Shown here: positions 59,893-64,000 of the stretch, piece by piece
Numbering within the stretch: position 1 is the stretch's first letter
Layout: each line of letters starts with the position of its first letter
The notes under the pieces: model-generated
Seen by the model: only the letters and a program-made list of their open reading frames with translations
Database searches by the model: none
Told to the model about the DNA's origin: nothing
Origin: an uncultured Anaerococcus sp.
GTDB taxonomy: Bacteria; Bacillota; Clostridia; Tissierellales; Peptoniphilaceae
Assembly (NCBI RefSeq): GCF_943908415.1
Contig: NZ_CALTSY010000004.1
Coordinates: forward strand, 10,144 to 74,143
Length of the DNA stretch: 64,000 nt
Direction of reading: 5' to 3'
Program-made: the position numbers and the translations under genes

Positions 59893-60753
59893 TTAGTAGT
59901 TATTCTGGCTTTTATTTCTTATGATATTAAAGATTATATTAATCAATAATATGAAAAAGAATAATACCATACCAGTTGCAATTAAAGATTGCCTATGCAT
60001 ACCTGATGCATATCCCATCTCAAGAACAATATTAGTTGTAAGAGTACGTGCACCTTGTAATAGAGAATGAGGTGTCCTAGCTTGATTACCTACAACTAGG
60101 TAAACTGCCATAGTTTCACCTATTGCACGTCCTATAGCAAGAATTATAGAAGAAAATATTCCACTTTTGGCATATGGAAGCATAACCTTATGGATAGTTT
60201 CTTCCTTGGTAGCACCTAAAGCTAAGGATCCCGTATAGAAATTTTTAGGCACTTGACGTAAGGAGTTTTCTGAAATATTTACCATAGTAGGCAAAATCAT
60301 TATGCTAAGTAGTATAGATGCTGTAAGCATATTGTATTGTCTTGTATGAAAAATTTTTCCAATAAGTGGTGCCAATATAATCATAGCAAAAAAACCATAA
60401 ACTACTGAAGGGATAGCTGCCATCAAATTTATAAGAGATTTGAGGAAACCATAACTTTTATCAGCATAATAGGCCATAAATATTGAAACTGCTATCCCAA
60501 ATGGTAGAGCAATCAAGGTAGATACTAAAGTAACTATAATTGATCCAATAATCATTGGAAATATACCAAAACTTGCTGGACTTGCAGTAGGAGCCCATTT
60601 AGTCCCCTTTATAAAGGGCACAAGCCCGTATTTACTTATAAAATCTATCCCTGATCTAAATATAAAGAATATAATTAATAATATAAGTACTACGGACATT
60701 GCTGCTGATATAAGGAATAAAATTTCTCCAAACTTTTCCTTAGTATTTTTCAT
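59893..60753 (-). CDS. pstC: phosphate ABC transporter permease PstC
   Basis: 286 aa. Confidence 0.85.
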   Translation of the reverse strand: MKNTKEKFGEILFLISAAMSVVLILLIIFFIFRSGIDFISKYGLVPFIKGTKWAPTASPASFGIFPMIIGSIIVTLVSTLIALPFGIAVSIFMAYYADKSYGFLKSLINLMAAIPSVVYGFFAMIILAPLIGKIFHTRQYNMLTASILLSIMILPTMVNISENSLRQVPKNFYTGSLALGATKEETIHKVMLPYAKSGIFSSIILAIGRAIGETMAVYLVVGNQARTPHSLLQGARTLTTNIVLEMGYASGMHRQSLIATGMVLFFFILLINIIFNIIRNKSQNNY

Positions 60754-60755
60754 TT

Positions 60756-61682
60756 TTAATCAAGCTCTCCAGTATTTATAATTTCTCCAGAAAAAATTTG
60801 CCTTAATTCTTCTACAGTTAAGTCATCAATCTTGCTATCATTATTTACTACTACTGCTATTCCATCTGTCGCTATAACTTCAGATTTAAGCTCTTTACTT
60901 TCTTGATCATCAAGTTCTCTTGATGACATAGCTATAGATGCTGCATTATCTCTAACAGCTTGTATACCTGCTGTTGAACCATTAGATTGAACTTCAATTT
61001 TAACTTCTGGATTTATAGATTTATAGGACTCAGCAAGCTTTTCAATTAAAGGTGTAACTGATGTTGAGCCAGCAACTGTGATGCTTCCTTTTAATCCATC
61101 TTTTTCTTCATAATCTTTTGTATCTTTTAAGGCCACATAGCCTTCTTCCTTAACAACATCCTGAGCCTTTGTAGATAAACAATAATCTAAGAAGTCCTTA
61201 GATAAGTCATCAAGCTCATCTTCTTTATAGGCAAGATTAAATGGTCTAGAGATTTTGTAATCACCAGATTCAATATTTGCCTCGGTTGCCTCTACTCCAT
61301 CAACTTTGATAGCCTTTACTGTATCATTTAATGATCCTAGAGATATATAACCAATAGCATTAGGATCAGATGATACTGTAGTCATTACTCCATTTGTAGA
61401 ATTTTGTACTTCTGCTTCAACTGTTGTCTTATCCTCTTTACTACCATCATCATTTTTTTCTTCAAGACCAACTAACTCTGTAAAGGCTCCTCTGGTACCA
61501 GATCCTTCTTCTCTTGAAACTACAACAAAATCATAGTCGTTAGCTTCAGAACTTTTATCAGCTTCACTAGATGACGTTTCAGTCGTTTCTGTCTTATTAT
61601 CAGTATTATCATTATTACATGCAGTCAATACTAGTCCTAGTGAAAGTGCTACTGCTATAATTCTTGAATTTTTAAATCTCAT
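60756..61682 (-). CDS. pstS: phosphate-binding lipoprotein PstS
   Basis: Lipobox LTAC, a Ser/Thr/Glu-rich linker and a PBP fold. Confidence 0.85.
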   Translation of the reverse strand: MRFKNSRIIAVALSLGLVLTACNNDNTDNKTETTETSSSEADKSSEANDYDFVVVSREEGSGTRGAFTELVGLEEKNDDGSKEDKTTVEAEVQNSTNGVMTTVSSDPNAIGYISLGSLNDTVKAIKVDGVEATEANIESGDYKISRPFNLAYKEDELDDLSKDFLDYCLSTKAQDVVKEEGYVALKDTKDYEEKDGLKGSITVAGSTSVTPLIEKLAESYKSINPEVKIEVQSNGSTAGIQAVRDNAASIAMSSRELDDQESKELKSEVIATDGIAVVVNNDSKIDDLTVEELRQIFSGEIINTGELD

Positions 61683-61830
61683 GCAAAATCTCCTTATAGT
61701 TTTATATATTTACTTACTTAAGTATCTTACACTCCCTTTATTTAAAACATTTAAAGCTTATGTAAAGTTTATGTAAAATGTTCTTTTAATATACTAACTA
61801 TATAATTCCCTGTGTTTCTAGGATTAGGAG

Positions 61831-63195
61831 TTATTCTTTTATTTGCTTATCTTCTTCTTTTTCTGGTATAAACAAATTCATAAAAAATGCAAATACAGTT
61901 GTAAGCACTACAGGTGATGATCCAATAGCTACTTCTAAAGCTTCTGGCATAAATTTAATGCCTGCATTATTGGCTTCTGTAACTACTTGAGTAAATCCAA
62001 AACCTATTGCTATAGCAACCCCTACTATATATGTATTTCTCATAGAAAGAGGTTGGCTAGTTATCATCCTTATACCATTCATAGTTATAGCTGCAAATAC
62101 AGATAAGGTCGCACCACCTATTACTGGGAAAGGAATAGTTAATAGTAATGATGAAAACTTAGGAACAAGGCCTGCAATTAAAATCATAAGAGATGCTGTA
62201 GTAAATACTTTTTTATTAACTACCTTATTTATAGAAACAATTCCAGCGTTTTGAGAAAAAGTTGCTGTTGGAAGTGTTCCAATAAAAGCACCTAATATAT
62301 TAGCAATTGAAAATCCAATTATACCCCCACGAAGTTCATCACTAGTAGCTGGCCTATCCATACCACCAATAGTAGCTGAGTTCATATCACCTATACCCTC
62401 TATACAGGTAACTATAAATATTATTATAAAGGCCGCTATAGCTGATGGTTCAAATTTGATACCAAAATGCATAGGCTTAATTACAGAAAACCAGTTTGCA
62501 TCTGAAACAGGAGATAAATCTACATAACCCATAAAAAATGCAAGAATATATCCCACAATCATGGATAATAATACTGAGGCAAGTGATACCATGCCCTTAC
62601 CAAAATGAGTAAAGATTATATTTGCTAGCAAGGTAACTCCAGCTATAAGCCAGTATTGCCATCCACCCCAGCCAGGCATGCTTAAATCTCCTCCTCCACC
62701 CATGTAATTGATAGCAACAGGGTATAAGGACAAACCAATTGATAAAACCACCGTACCGGCAACCAATGGTGGAAAGTAAGGCAAAACATATTTTAAAGCA
62801 TAGCCAAATACAAGTGATACAACAGCTGCAATTAGTTGAGAACCTAGAACTACAGCAACAATACCTCTAGGACCTAAAGACTCAAACTGTCCAGCAAGGG
62901 CAATCATAGTTGGGACATAGGCAAAACTAACTCCATAGATCATAGGAAGCTTGTTTCCTATAAGTCTCATAGGACCAAAAAGAATAAGCAATGTAGTAAG
63001 AGCTGACCCTATTAAAGACATCTGTACTAGAAGTATAGAATCAGCGGGATCAAGTCCTGCAGCACCAGCAAAAATCAAAGTAGGTGCTATGCAACCTGCA
63101 ATCATCGCTATTAAGTGTTCAAAAGCAAGGGGTAAGGCCTGCTTTAAGCTAACTTCCCCATCAACAGTGAATAAATTAGAATAATTTTTTTCCAT
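61831..63195 (-). CDS. NCS2 family nucleobase (xanthine/uracil) permease
   Basis: 454 aa polytopic permease with NCS2-like motifs. Confidence 0.75.
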   Translation of the reverse strand: MEKNYSNLFTVDGEVSLKQALPLAFEHLIAMIAGCIAPTLIFAGAAGLDPADSILLVQMSLIGSALTTLLILFGPMRLIGNKLPMIYGVSFAYVPTMIALAGQFESLGPRGIVAVVLGSQLIAAVVSLVFGYALKYVLPYFPPLVAGTVVLSIGLSLYPVAINYMGGGGDLSMPGWGGWQYWLIAGVTLLANIIFTHFGKGMVSLASVLLSMIVGYILAFFMGYVDLSPVSDANWFSVIKPMHFGIKFEPSAIAAFIIIFIVTCIEGIGDMNSATIGGMDRPATSDELRGGIIGFSIANILGAFIGTLPTATFSQNAGIVSINKVVNKKVFTTASLMILIAGLVPKFSSLLLTIPFPVIGGATLSVFAAITMNGIRMITSQPLSMRNTYIVGVAIAIGFGFTQVVTEANNAGIKFMPEALEVAIGSSPVVLTTVFAFFMNLFIPEKEEDKQIKE

Positions 63196-63373
63196 ATTCT
63201 TCTCCTTAATAAAACATCAATTATTTAATATGTAGTAGCAATTTAACAATTAAGCCTCCTTTAATCAAATTATAATTATTATTTCGCTTAAATACAAGCT
63301 TTTTAAGCAATTTTTATATTTTTTGATATATTTATAAATTAAACTAAATGTTAATTACTAGCAAACCTTATCC

Positions 63374-63401
63374 TTGACATAAAAGCTTAAAAACTTATAA
63401 T
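63374..63401 (+). promoter_or_regulatory. sigma-A promoter for asnA
   Basis: TTGACA, 16-nt spacer, TATAAT, ~33 nt upstream of the ATG at 63434. Confidence 0.5.
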
Positions 63402-63433
63402 TTATAAGACAATCTACTAAAAAAGAGGCTTAA

Positions 63434-64000
63434 ATGTATAATATAAAAACACCAGAAGGATATAAATCTAGTTCTGATTTATATACCACACAATTATTAA
63501 TAAAAGAAATAAAAGATTACTTTCAAATCAATCTTGCTAATAACCTAAACTTAAAAAGAGTTAGCGCACCTTTGTTTGTATCCCTAGAATCAGGTCTAAA
63601 TGATAACCTAAACGGACATGAAGGACCTGTAACATTTGATGTACCTAACGCAGATGGACAAGATTTAGAAATAGTACACTCCCTTGCTAAATGGAAGAGA
63701 TATGCTCTTAAAAGCTATGAATTTAAAATGCATGAAGGTCTATATACAGATATGAATGCAATAAGACGTTGCGAAGTGCCTGATAATACTCACTCATTTT
63801 ATGTTGACCAATGGGACTGGGAACTTATTATTGAAGAAGAAGATAGAAATGTCGCTTACTTAAAAAAAGTTGTAGAGGTTATTTATAGGACTTTAAAATC
63901 CTTAGATGAGTACCTATGTACTCTCATGCCAGAAAGACGAAAGCTATTAAAAGATCAAATCACCTTTATAACAAGTCAAGAACTTTTAGATAAATACCCT
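63434..64000 (+). CDS. asnA: aspartate--ammonia ligase (asparagine synthetase A), 3'-truncated by the window edge
   Basis: Strong AsnA similarity (VHSLAKWKR…YVDQWDWE…SQELL). Confidence 0.85.
   Translation, partial: MYNIKTPEGYKSSSDLYTTQLLIKEIKDYFQINLANNLNLKRVSAPLFVSLESGLNDNLNGHEGPVTFDVPNADGQDLEIVHSLAKWKRYALKSYEFKMHEGLYTDMNAIRRCEVPDNTHSFYVDQWDWELIIEEEDRNVAYLKKVVEVIYRTLKSLDEYLCTLMPERRKLLKDQITFITSQELLDKYP

Overview
This window looks like a low-GC (~30%) anaerobic Firmicute chromosome segment; the gene content resembles butyrate-producing, amino-acid-fermenting Clostridia or Peptoniphilaceae. Almost all genes are on the minus strand. In order: a housekeeping block (zapA, pheT, pheS with a T-box leader, an RNA methyltransferase, rplT, rpmI, infC with a non-AUG start); two tandem DegV paralogs; an MBL hydrolase; ybaK; an acyl-CoA dehydrogenase fused to an EtfA FAD domain; a thioesterase; a butyryl-CoA:acetate CoA-transferase; the classic bcd-etfB-etfA-crt-hbd-thl butyrate operon with a Rex-like operator. 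Divergent from it is a lactate module: a GlcD-like FAD dehydrogenase, LrgA/LrgB, lactate racemase larA, and the nickel-pincer cofactor genes larE-larB-larC, where larC is split across a poly-A9 slippery run. Next come a second acyl-CoA module (ACAD, crotonase, AtoDA-type CoA-transferase), a superoxide reductase and hisS. A branched-chain amino acid fermentation island follows: brnQ, leucine dehydrogenase, and a four-subunit 2-oxoacid:ferredoxin oxidoreductase whose gamma subunit is fused to a ferritin/rubrerythrin-like diiron domain. Then a tRNA-Phe/Gly/Cys cluster embedded in a ~55-bp structured repeat family, a FetAB-like ABC transporter, a ~130-bp palindrome that shares a motif with those repeats, a heterodimeric ABC exporter with MarR, a MoxR-like AAA ATPase plus VWA pair, murJ, an [FeFe]-hydrogenase-like gene, phoR-phoP-phoU-pstBACS, an NCS2 permease and a partial asnA. 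No phage, IS element or CRISPR array is evident. The most unusual items are gene fusions, the split larC, the repeat family and the MoxR/VWA pair.
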